Source: Macrostomum lignano (taxonomy: Eukaryota). Taken from it: a stretch of 64,000 nucleotides of DNA. Within the stretch, counting starts at the first letter, position 1. The number at the start of each line of letters is the position of its first letter. The stretch lies in the NCBI GenBank assembly GCA_002269645.1, contig NIVC01000245.1:248001-312000 (forward strand). Reading direction: 5' to 3'. The notes under the pieces were generated by a model. That model ran no database searches. It was not told the DNA's origin and saw nothing but the letters and a program-made list of their open reading frames with translations. The position numbers and the translations under genes are program-made. Of the stretch, positions 51,774 through 64,000 are shown piece by piece.

Positions 51774-52365
51774 GCTGATTTTCTAATGGTCAACAAAGTC
51801 CAAAAATGCCATGTTTAGCAGTGTTTTCGCGTTGAGAAATACCAGCAATTTTTGTAACAAAACTACTTATATAAAACAAAAAAGTAGTGCAAATAGCATC
51901 TTCATGGATTTTTTAGTCAAGTAGAAAATATGAGCAGACTTTAGATGACTTTACACCACCGTCTGGAAATCGATTTTATTTCATTTTAGCGTTTTTTTCG
52001 AAAGTAAATTAAATGAAATTGAAGTTAGTTAATATTTAATCAGATGGTTTCCACTGACTCGATTCACTTAATGGCACACGGGTTTGCCCCGCGGGCTCAG
52101 TCAGCCTGTGTTGCCGGTGAATTCTAACTCAAAACCAAACTGAGACTGCATGACTTCCCCGATTCTCTGGGGATATTCCCCGCAAGAGTGCACATGAGGA
52201 CTGGGGGATGCTGGGGAACAGGCACGCTCCAGACGAGATAAGCGACATATGGATGTGTTAAGGGGATGAAATTTTTCGGCGAATAAAGTTACAGGAAACG
52301 CGCCCAGGAAATATAAAACGCCCAGTCATCCTCAGCGTTCGCTATCTCCGTCTGAGTCTGCGCCA

Positions 52366-55300
52366 CCCTATGAAAAATTGGCCCGAATTTTCGCCCGAAA
52401 ACATATGAAATTGGGCCCGGAACTTTAAATTTGCGGGTGAAAACTAAAAAGCGGTCGATTCACCCGGAAAGCACGCCGACAAAACGGTTGAAACTAAATC
52501 GGGCGAAAAAGCGGGACTCTCGCCCGGAAAGCGGGGAAAGCAGAAACGGCCCAGACGTGCGGGTCTCTAGCCCGTTTTTTTCTAAAAGCGTGTCCTGAGG
52601 GACTTTGACGTGACGATGCAGATTAAAAATGGGTTTAAATCAATATAGCTAAACGAGTAGGAAGCTAGGTGCCCAGGTTCCAAGATTCAACCGTACATGT
52701 ATGTTTATTATTTTAAAAAGTACTATTATAGGAGTTTATATATCGATCACAAATGGTGGGAAATAATGTGTCGAAATCATTACTTCCATGCCCTTTTGGG
52801 GAATCTTTTTGCATGCTAATCTTTAATTTTTTACACGAGCTGCGTCTGGGGACTGCGTTTAAAATTTTGACGCGGCTGAGATGCGGCTGGCGACATGGAA
52901 GTGAAATCATTTACAATCGCTTACTATAAATACCTGTTTCTGAATAAGCTATTCACTGGCTAAAATCTATTTTTATTAAGTATTTGCTGTGCTTTTCACT
53001 CTTTCATTGCGCTGACCAATGTGAAAAAAAGCTAGGAAACTATTTTGTTTGTTTTTGTTACTCGAAAAATATTTAAATTTCAGACGCCACGTTTTCAGAA
53101 CTTCGATATTTTATGTGCTAGCTAGTGAAGCGTGTTTTGTTACTTTTGTATTAATTTATCATAATCTAACAGACAAAGTTTATTTAACTTCAAAAATAGT
53201 CAATGTGAATTATTTCACTAAATGAGTCAATAGCAAGGACTGACCCCCTGCCCCTGCCCTGGTTCAGGAATTGGCAGTCACATAGTTAATTATAATTTAA
53301 TTAAGTCCAGTAATTAGCCTATTTATTTATTTCTTAAAGTTAGTAAAAATAGAAAATAATTTAGAAAACTTATCCTGATTAATATTTCACCTATAATGAA
53401 GATAGTATTGTATATGAGCACAGAGAGCTTGCTGAATGGTAAAAAGTTTTAGAACATAAGTAACAAATCAATTTAAAAAACCATTTATAAAGTCCAAATA
53501 TAGCTCGTAAAACTCTGAGTAGCATTAATATAATTTTTGCTTTTTCAAGTTTGTATAGTCTATATAGTACTTTTTAGAAAGCTATGTATTCACATTATTT
53601 TTTAATCTGTATGCTTTTTGTATTTTATTTAATATAATTTTGATAACTTATTATATTCTAAGGGAACCTAAAGCCTAGAACTGAGCATTTTTCAAGGAAG
53701 CTAATAACTTGAAAAAGTTTTGCAATTTAACATATTCCCAGAGATAAAGGCCCTTTATATCTTATAAATAAGCCTTCTTTTTGCTCTTATATGAATGTTT
53801 TAGATCTAATAATCTGAATATGTTTTGTAGAATAAACATTTACCATCAGATTTAACATTCCAAGCACTGTACTTATACCATTATAATTAAAGAAAAATTA
53901 TTAATAATCAATTTTGTTGCCTTTTAATTTAGGTTTAGATTTTATTGCTCAATAAACAGAATTTTAGCATCATCATACCATGCTCCTAAGTCATTTATGC
54001 TATGTATACATGCCCCTCAGCCAAGTTTTCCTCTGGCCATTAATGTCTGATGACATTGGACTGCTAAGCATCGTCGCCGGGATTATGCCGTGCACTACAG
54101 GACTGGTGTTAGGCGACATACTCCAGCCCAAACAGTCTATTTTAAAGTCATGTAAAATCACAAAATCCGAGCTGCAGTGTGCCTACTCCCGATGCCGAGA
54201 GGGCCAACTACCGAGAAAGACCAGCGTCGCTAGAAAGGCGACGAAGACCAAACCAGGTGATGTTTTCATTTTTTTGTATTGTAGTGTTGTTTAAAACGTT
54301 ATTTACGCTTTTCTGCAACTGCGCCCCCTTCTACTCCAGGTGCGCTGCTTCGATTAGCTGGTGCTGCAGCATCTCAGCTGCCAGAATCTGCTGTTACGCC
54401 ACCCAGCACCAGGCTCACAACCAGTGACACTGCTAACATGTTCAATCAAGCGCAGTATCGCATCCTGTCGCTCGCTGAGTTATAAATCTATACCTAAACT
54501 TTGAACTTATGAATTTCTATCGCATTTGCTTTTGTTCTACACTGATTTGTTTTTTTCATTGCTTCGTAATGTGGCTGCGACTGGGAGGGAGGGATCTCGA
54601 AGTCACCTTAATTTGCACCAGACCCCATTACTGATCTCGGTTCTTCCTATCCTTCCGAATGTTGCTATTTCCCCCTCACATCGTTTCTCTCCTTTCTCCG
54701 TGGTCGCGCTAATACTTTCCCTATCTTAGCTATTTCACATGTGCATTCTGTGTGCACCCCTCTCCTTGCACTCTGTGCCTTAGATCTACCTCTTTTCAGT
54801 TGCAAACGTACTAGTATATTTGGTTATTTCTTAGCTGCAAATGCCCTATAAATAGTTAGTTATTTCTCCTTTTTATGGTTTTCTTCAGAATTTCTCTACG
54901 TCAAGCCCCTTCATGTTATCTTCTTTACAACTTTGTTTGTTTCTGTTTCGATTCTTTTCTTAACCCTCCTTTGCTTTTACTACTTTAATGCTTTAATGCT
55001 TTTGTTTACTGAACGTATTGAATGCATACATTAAATATTTAAATAAACTATCGCTCACACTTTTTCTTATTATGTGGCCAAGCTTAAACATTTCTATCTA
55101 GATCTAGATTTCTTATTGAATCCCTCCAGAATTGCCTTATTTTTCTTCTCGATACATGTAGCTCTCTTGGAGGGGGTCATTTAGCTCGTACATGCAAAAT
55201 CTTCCTATTCAACTAGATACAAGTTTTATTACAGTATGAAAAGTGGCAGTCACCGTAATTAAGTTTATGCCCTCTAAAAACTTACTATAATATCGTGCAC

Positions 55301-55581
55301 TATCACTAAGACCAAAAGCAGGAAATATGACCAGCTCTTCGGGCCGGATTTGCAAGCAAAATATCGGTTAACTGGCCCGGATTTTTCGGCGCAAAATAAT
55401 TCTGGGTGAATCGCCCGTAAATATTCGGGTATAAATGCGGTTGCATGCACGGGTGCATCGCCCGAAAAACGAACTTTTCGTAACGATTCCGGGCCAGTAG
55501 CCCGGCAATTTTTACACCCGCAAAGTGCTGACGATTTCGGGTGAAGAGTAGGGTGAAAATTCGGGCCAATTTTTCATAGGG
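52366..55581. mobile_element. 3.2-kb non-autonomous DNA transposon with 27-bp TIRs starting CCC (CMC/EnSpm-like)
   Basis: Perfect inverted repeats CCCTATGAAAAATTGGCCCGAATTTTC at 52366-52392 and 55555-55581. Flanked by a 2-bp duplication CA. Dense CCCG/CGGG subterminal repeats at both ends, an AT-rich interior and no transposase ORF. Confidence 0.75.
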
Positions 55582-55717
55582 CATCGATGCACAGCTCGCA
55601 TTCTGCTGCAGGCTTGGCTGAGGAATTTTAGTAGTTGGGGAGCGAGCCGGACTGCTTCGGGATCATTGGGGATGACGAATCGCTGACTCAGATAAAAGTG
55701 CTGTTGGGTGACTAACC

Positions 55718-56432
<715 letters not shown>

Positions 56433-56924
56433 CAGTCGGTGCCAGTGTGTATACGATAAACTGCGCCCAGCATCGAATAAAAAGCAGCTGAGCTGGCAAG
56501 ATTTGAGAGATCACAGCGGCAGTGACACACGCACACAGAGATTGGTGTAGTCAAGCCTCCGTTGCCCATAGCTCTGCGGAAAAAGATGGATGAAGACAGT
56601 AAAATCCCCACGCCCTAAGATCCTATCAGAACCAGTCTCATTCTCCCAGCTCAAGGCTCACCCCCAAAAACTGGATAGCAACTCGCGCAAAGTTCGAGCC
56701 AAAACAAGTCGTCTACGGAAGAAGAGCAACTTCACCACCAACTCGATTTCTCTCAGCTCGAAACCGCATAGCAAATTGCATTGAATCTTGGCTAATCTTC
56801 GGCAAGTGTCGGTCTAAAGGACTATGCAGGCGACCCAGGAGGAGGCGTCGCCACCTCCGAGGCAGCTGGATAGATCGGTGGGTGACCCACTGGTGATGGG
56901 GCAAAGATTTTGGATTTCTATAGG

Positions 56925-57435
56925 TTTTAACTAGGTCTTTCTGTTTGTTCTAATTAGGTGATTCTGTAGGTTCTAATGAGGTGTTTCTGTTGATTCTAAT
57001 TAGGTGTTTCTCTAGGTTCTAATTAGGTGTTTCTGCTGATTCTAATTAGGTGTTTCTGTTGATTCTAATTAGGTGTTTCTGTAGGTTCTAATTAGGTGTT
57101 TCTGTAGGTTCTAATTAGGTCTTTCTGTATGTTCTAATTAGTTGTTTCTGTTGATTCTAATTAGGTGTTTCTGTAGGTTCTAATTAGGTGTTTCTGTAGG
57201 TTCTAATTAGGTGTTTCTGTAGGTTCTAATTAGGTGTTTCTGTATGTTCTAATTAGGTGTTTCTGTTGATTCTAATTAGGTGTTTCTGAATGTTCTAATT
57301 AGGTGTTTCATTAGGTTCTAATTAGTTGTTTCTGTAGGGTCTAATTAGGTGTTTCTGTAGGTTCTAACTATAGCTGTTTCTGTAGGTTCTAATTAGGTGT
57401 TTTTGTGGGTTCTAATTAGGTGCTTTTGTGGGTTT
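56925..57435 (+). repeat. 23-bp minisatellite (CTAATTAGGTGTTTCTGTAGGTT)n
   Basis: About 22 units. Confidence 0.92.
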
Positions 57436-58284
57436 TAACCAACCGCTTTACTTTCATATACACGCCAAGTCTACTGACAAGTAGTAAAACTCATTGAATT
57501 CTTAGAAAACTTGCCACACAATTTTCTCTTTAAGCTCCAGAAATTTAATCTGTCTTTTTATGTAAAAAACACTTTGGTAAAACCCCGAAATTAGGTTGAA
57601 CAAACAAAAAATGTTAACCTGGTCACAATTTCACGCAATTTGGATTGTTACATCTTCTGAATCCGCTCTCCAACTGGCCAAAACTGAACCATGCTGGCTA
57701 GATATACGCTGAAAGGCTGAAGAAAACAGAGAGGTGAGGGAAGAAATCAGCAACTGCCCCACCCCCCTTCCATGGGGTTAGGAAAGTCCAAACGTACCGC
57801 ATATTGGGGAAGAGGAAGACAAAAGCAATGCGGTATGGAACCCTGTCCATTTTTCATTTAGTCATGTAGAAAATGGGAGCAGAGGGAGGGGAGTGAGAGA
57901 GAGAGAGAGAGTGGACGGGTGAAAGCTTTAAAGAATTTACCACCGCAACTCGTGTACGGCATGGATTTCTGCCCAGCCATCAACATTATATGATGCACTA
58001 AGGAATCCAATATATTTGGACTTAGTTTGCATAGTCAAGTTGGAAATGCCTTTTAGTATCCTACCTTAAAAGTTACTATGGTATTGTGAACAGGTGTTAA
58101 CAATTCATAAATACGGACAGATAAATAGCTGTAAATATTGAAACCAGCTGACTCATGGATAGTCTGGGCAGCGCCTTCTCACTTGATGTAAGTCTTTATA
58201 TTTCTTTCCTGAGGCTAATAATCTTCACTGATCCAAACTCCTGGCTAGATCGATGTGCATCAGTGTCAGATCCTGAGAGCATAA

Positions 58285-58525
58285 CACCCTTAGACTGTCA
58301 CACCCTTAAAATTTTAGAACTATTAGAATATCACAACGTCTGAAAGTCATACTCTCAGAATCTCACACCATTAGAATGTCACACCATTAGAATGTCACAC
58401 CATTAGAATGTCACACCATTAGAATGTCACACCCTTAGAATGTCACACCCTTTGGAATGTCACCCTTTTTGTAATGTCACACCCTCAGAATATCACACTA
58501 TAAGAATGTCACACCCTTAAACATA
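58285..58525 (+). repeat. 16-bp minisatellite (CATTAGAATGTCACAC)n
   Basis: The same family recurs at 59260-59750, on the other side of an ankyrin exon. Confidence 0.85.
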
Positions 58526-59055
58526 TCAACTTTAAAATGACTTCATGCAACTATTTCACACCTAACAGTGTATATCGAATAAATATTCTCGATATCAATT
58601 AGACAAATTGAAGACTATTTCTAAATGGAGTGGTACTATATTTATACCATAATTAATATGCTAATGATAGAAAATGATGGAGCTGATGCGGTATCAGGTT
58701 TCATCGATCACTGGACTTGAGCTTCAAGTTTCATGCGTTAGCCACCCCCCCCCCCAACCCCGTTTCCTTGATCTGTCACACTTTGTGAAAAGCCATGCGC
58801 GCTTGTGAGTTGAGCCTCATCTAATGTCAACTCTGGTAGAGACTCAATCAAAAATGTACTTTCATGATTCATATATCGATTCTTATGTGCTAAAAAATAC
58901 TTGATAAAATATTTTTAGGAAAATATTGAACTAAGATGCCAGAGCGCATTTAATTTCACCGACTTAAAAGTGATCAGAAGGTGCACAGCACATAGCAACT
59001 ATTCGAGGCAGATTGTTAAATCGTTGCCCCCCCCCGCTTTTTCTGTTCATTCCAG

Positions 59056-62000
59056 TCGGACCCAAGTCAGAATTTTCTGCGCGTTGCCAGGGCCGGAAAT
59101 TTGGAGAAGGTCTTGGACTACCTGGAGTGCGGAACCAGAATCGATACCAGCAATGCTGTGAGTGTTTTTCCTCGGTTTGAAAGTGCTTGTAGTCTTTATT
59201 CACAGGTGTCTGCAGAGCGCATAGTAACAAGTACACATGCTTAAAATCGCTAAAAATTCACACCCTTGGAATATCGTATCCTTAGAAAGTCACACCCTTA
59301 CAATGTCACACCATTATAATGTCACACTCTTAGATTGATACACCCTTAGAACGTCACCCCCTTAGAATTTCACACCCTTAAAATTTCAAACCATTAGAAG
59401 GTCACACCTTTACAATGTGCCGCCGTTAGAATGTCCCGCCGATAGAATGTCACACCTTTAGAATTTCACATCATTAGAATGTCACACCATTCGAACATCA
59501 CATCATTAGAATGTCACACCATTCGAATGTCACACCATTAGAATATCACACCATTAGAATGTCACAACATTCGAATATCACATCATTAGAATGGAACACC
59601 ATTCGAATGTCACAACATTAGGATGTCACAACATTCGGATGTCACACCATTAGAATGTCACACCGTTAGAATGTCACACCATAAGAATGTCCCAACATTA
59701 GAATGTCACATCCTTTAAATGTCAAACTCTTCAAATTTCACACCCTTGCACTAATTTTCTGTCATAAGAACTAATTAAGCCACTAATTAATTAGGGAATT
59801 AAGCCATTGTTGAGTAGGGAATTACACAATTGCTGAGTAGGGAATTACACCATTGCTGACTAGGGAATTACTTTATTCCTGAGTAGGGTATTACTCCATT
59901 TCTGTGTAGGGAATTACACCATTTCTGACTAGGGAATTACACCATTGCTGAGGGGAATTACTCAATCAACGAAGGAGAACTTGGTGGATAGCTGAAGAGT
60001 TTAGTGGGACTTCACCTTAGTTGGAGAACTTTAAACAAGTTTTCCGAATTTTCTCAAGTAACTACTTGTCAAACTACTTAGCAAGAGTAGTAAGTGAAGC
60101 TCTGTGTCGCCCTAATATGAGCTATCATGGCTGTCTATCTCTCTCTCCCTCTCTCACGCCCACTTTGCGAAACGCAGTTGTCAGACCGTAGAAAAATCGA
60201 TGGAATCCTCACGATAAGCGTCTTTACTGACGATAGAAGGTTGGCATTTATTGTTCGAAGCCAGTATAGTACATGAAATTTTGTGTGCCTATGCTTGCTG
60301 CACCTTGCCGTGATTCGCGATATACTCGCCTAAAACTGTTTGCAGGTAGGCAGATATGCGGCCAACCCTAACCCTAGCGAGCTAGCTGCAATTGCACAGA
60401 TGGCGCACCTTTCCAATACAGCCAACGGCAACGAACTACTTTCGCTCCTTACCTCCACCCCCTACCCCCACCCCGAACTCCACAACCCGAAGGTCAAAAC
60501 TTGGCATCGCGTAGGGGGGGGGGTAGGGATCGAAGACTGACGCTGGGAAATGCGGATTATTTTAGTATCTATAAGGTGGACGGACGCCTTCGCTGTCGAC
60601 TGGTAAGGAAAAGCACTATACGCATCCTGCGTGTGAGAGAGAGAGAGAGTGAACGATGAAAACAAAATTGAACGTCGGTTGCTGCTAGGAATTAGCTGGC
60701 CAACCACTGCGAACTGGGGAAATTTTTCCTTAGACCTACCTTTGCCCACCTTAGCCCGAGAGGAGAGTGAAAAGGCCTGTTTGCCAGTCTCCGACGCAGT
60801 AGAAGCAGAAAAGTTCTTCGACTTCTTCTTCTACTTTGCGTTAGCTCTCTCCATCATTATCTGTCTTTCTTTCGCCTTCTTCTTCTGTTCGGCAAAACTT
60901 CAACTTCGGAGAGACAAGCGTGCGAATTACAAAGAGATAAAGAGAGCCGCGTGCAACCAGTTATTAGAAGAGAAGAGAGTTACTTTTTTACCTTCGCAGC
61001 ATCCGGCCGAATCATTTTGTGCTGTTTGAATTGGCCCGATTATATACTACTGCCAGAATTTCTGTCGATTTTCGTTTAGTTGGGGGTGCTTCTCAGTAGC
61101 TAATAAACTGGTTATTTTGTAACCTGAAAGGCGGAACTAAATCATGAGCTCGTCAGCGGCTGGGACCGCCAAAATTTTTTCCAAATCGTTGAAAAGACAA
61201 CGACACGCGGTACCGCCGGATATTGAGCGGTATTTGAATTTCTACGACGAAAAGGTAGGGGATTCGTTATAATAGCTAGTTTACTTCGGTTCTTCATCTA
61301 GCCATTGATACTCGTCTATGTTGATTGAGTACTTCACAGTCCGAGAAATAACCCATTGAGTACTTGACAATCTGAGCAATTCCTCATTGAGTACTTGACA
61401 ATCTGAGCATTTTCCATTGAGTACTTGACAATCTGAGCAATTCCTCATTGAGTACTTGACAATCTGAGAAAATCCCTATTGAGTACTTCGCAATCCGAGA
61501 AATTTCTCCTGAGTGGTAAAGCTACCGCTATTTTCACTCAGCTACGCTTTTACCTCATCTGAGTTACTTGTCGCTGTCTCTTTTGAGTACAGATTAATAT
61601 AGAAATTATTTTGATAGTTTATCACTTTTAAAACCCGCACAGAATGGACTCAACGCTCTGCACCTGGCCAGCAAGGAGGGCCACACGGCGGTGGTACAGG
61701 AGCTATTATCCAGAGGCGCAGACCCGGACGCTCGCACCAAGAAAGGCAACAGCGCATTGCACATCGCATCGCTTGCAGGCCAGCTCGAAGTTGTGAAATT
61801 GCTGATCGAACGGGGCGCCAAAGTGAACTGCCAGTCGCAGGCGGGCTTCTCACCGCTCTACATGGCCGCTCAGGAGAATCATCTGGAAGTTGTTCGACAC
61901 CTGATAGCGTCGGGTGCGTCGCAGAGTCTGGCTACAACCGACGGATTCACTCCGTTAGCGGTGGCGCTTCAACAGGGACACGACAAAGTGGTGGCGGTGC

Positions 62001-63839
62001 TCCTGGAGACGGACACTCGCTGCCGGTCGCGGATGCCGGCGCTGCACGTGGCCGCTAAGAAGGACGACGTACGCAGTGCAGGATTGCTGCTCACATCCGA
62101 CTGCGATCCCAATCATCAGGTGAGTGGTGCTGACAACAATGCAAGTCAAAGGCTTTTTTATTAGAGGCAGGGGGGTTGTGTGCACCCTGGCGCACTTTAA
62201 GCGACATAGGCACACAACCGGCGAGAGGCATTACTGCCCATTCCGCCGACTCCCCTGAGCAGGCATACAAGCGCGCAAATACGTACGCAGGCACACACTC
62301 ACACAGGAGTGTACAGCGGCCCTAACTTTATATTATCATTAGGCATGTACACTTCACTGCGCCTTGGGAGGTTGGCTCTCAAGGCCGTTAATTGCACGAG
62401 CAGAGCCAAGCCGAGATTCCAATTCAGCCCCAAATTAATGTGACTGCACTTGGAATCGAGCCTGGGTCGCTGGCACACCAGAGCAGCTGCGCTACCACTG
62501 GGCTACGCCCCCCCCCCCAAGTCAAAGGCTACTAAGGGTACAACTAATTTTCCATATTTTAATGTCGAATCTTATCGAATATTATCGCTTTGGGACACTT
62601 TGGGATGATCATCTTGGTTGCGCCGCGGAAAGGAGCACCATCATGGGGGCTCCGCCAGCGGTAGGCCCAATTAGTTGTGGAATTACCTAAATATTGAAAA
62701 CGGAGACACCAAATCAACGGGAAAGGTACTTTTGCGAGCCTACATGTATTAGGGCAAAGCATCCTTGCTCATTGGCTATGCACCTGAAACATTCTTTGTC
62801 AACTATAATTGTAATTGATCATATGTTCGTGAATTTTATCATATATTGTTTCGTCTGGGGCTTCAACGTGAATGTTAAAAGTTGATCTATCTATTTGAAA
62901 ATCGTCTTTTTATCAGCTAAGACGAAAAATCCGACAACACTACGCTCGTGTATTTCCTACCAGGCCGGCAGCGGCTTCACGGCGTTGCACATTGCCGCCC
63001 ACTACGGCAGCGCAGGTGTAGCCAGCCTGCTGCTGGACCGCGGCGCCGATCCGAACTTCCCGGCGCGCAACGGCATCGCTCCGCTGCACGTGGCCGCCAA
63101 ATGGGGCATGCTGTCCGTGGCGCAGAAGCTCCTTGAACGCGGCGCCGCGGTCGACGCTCGAACGCGCGACGGATTGACAGCCGTTCACTGCGCCGCCAGA
63201 TCTGGACAGACGGCCGTATTGAAGCTGCTCCTCGAGTTGAACGCTGGTATTGATCTGCGCTCGAGGAGCGGCCTGAGCCCGTTGCACATGGCCGTGCAAG
63301 GCGACCACACAGACTGTGCCAGACTGCTGCTAGCTCGTGGCGCCAACAGCGAGGACGTCACCGTGGATCAGCTGACACCGTTGCACATTGCGGCCCACTG
63401 CGGCTACGTCAGCTCAACGCAGCTACTACTAGACAGCGGATGTAGAGCGAGCGCACGAGCGTTAAATGGCTTCACCGCGCTGCACATCGCCTGCAAGAAG
63501 GGCCGGGTGCGCATTGTTGAGCTGTTGCTCAACTACGGAGCCGAACCGGACGCAGCCACCGATGTCACGGGTCTGACACCGTTGCACGTGGCCGCGTTCT
63601 TAGGACAGACAGCTTGCGCCGCACTACTCGTCGACAAGGGCAGGGGAAATGCGTCCGCGGTGACAGCCAAGGGGGAGACTCCGCTGCACATGGCTATGAG
63701 AGGCGGGCACACCGAGACAGCCAGGCTCCTGCTCGAACAGACGAAGGTGAACGCGGACGCCGCCGCAACGGATGGACAGACGTCGCTTCATGTGGCGTGT
63801 CGGACTGGCAACACTGAAGCTGTAGAACTTCTGCTCAAG
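59056..63839 (+). CDS. ANK: Ankyrin (ANK2/unc-44-type membrane-binding domain), partial; continues beyond the window
   Basis: Exons 59056-59157, 61643-62119 and 62964-63839 are all phase 0. [17 protein letters not shown]...SNA|[63 protein letters not shown] and [12 protein letters not shown] are diagnostic of canonical ankyrin repeats 1 to about 14. Confidence 0.95.
59260..59750 (+). repeat. 16-bp minisatellite (CATTAGAATGTCACAC)n
   Basis: Read directly from the sequence. Confidence 0.88.
59800..59960 (+). repeat. 23-bp tandem repeat (GAGTAGGGAATTACACCATTGCT)n
   Basis: About 6 units. Confidence 0.8.
61144..61254 (+). CDS. Candidate alternative first exon of ankyrin (37 aa, [10 protein letters not shown]...FYDEK)
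   Basis: ATG in an ATCATGA context, an open 111-nt frame and a phase-0 donor AAG|GTAGGG that splices in frame to NGLNALHL at 61643. Confidence 0.5.
61335..61500 (+). repeat. 29-31-bp tandem repeat (ATTGAGTACTTGACAATCTGAGCAATTCCTC)
   Basis: About 5 units. Confidence 0.8.
62335..62510 (-). mobile_element. tRNA-derived SINE in an ankyrin intron
   Basis: Minus-strand A box TAGCCCAGTGG (62505-62495) and B box GGCTCGATTCC (62462-62452). The body is shared with 32995-33135. Confidence 0.8.
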
Positions 63840-64000
63840 GTGAGGCTTTACTAGTTTCGCAGTATCTGTTACATGTACCTGTTTAATAAAATTTTTAGGG
63901 TCCGCAAATATACCGTCTTAGCAACCGCACAAGCATTTGTTATAATGCGTCATTTGGTACACAAAGAATAACTCTCTGATAATGTTTCTACGTATTGTAA

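Noticed and set aside
60348-60491. Phase-0 exon-like segment [13 protein letters not shown] in an ankyrin intron
   Set aside because: Inclusion would split the conserved SNA|NGLNALH repeat junction, and the donor GTCAAA is weak.

Overview
Repeat-rich animal (invertebrate) genomic DNA with spliceosomal introns. The style (GC-rich low-complexity exons, introns filled with micro- and minisatellites, TTAGGG seeds) suggests a flatworm such as Macrostomum, but this is inference only. Five genes can be built with phase-consistent splice sites. (1) PDX1/SNZ on the minus strand (4 exons, 302 aa) and (2) PDX2/SNO on the plus strand (4 exons, 230 aa) sit head-to-head, 673 bp apart. They form a complete de novo vitamin B6 (PLP) synthase pair, a pathway most animals lack, and are the most notable feature here. 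(3) An aminergic class A GPCR (octopamine-alpha or alpha1-adrenergic-like) has no TM1 exon in the window and probably a very long C-tail. (4) A metabotropic glutamate receptor has an 18-kb first intron and Leu at the position of the conserved glutamate-binding Lys. (5) The 5' part of an ankyrin has several candidate first exons. Non-coding DNA holds about 25 tandem arrays, a head-to-tail array of Helitron-like elements with internal (TTAGGG)n, tRNA-derived and CORE SINEs, a hAT MITE and a 3.2-kb element with CCC-starting TIRs. Exon models were derived by eye from GT/GC-AG sites and protein homology. No database searches were run.
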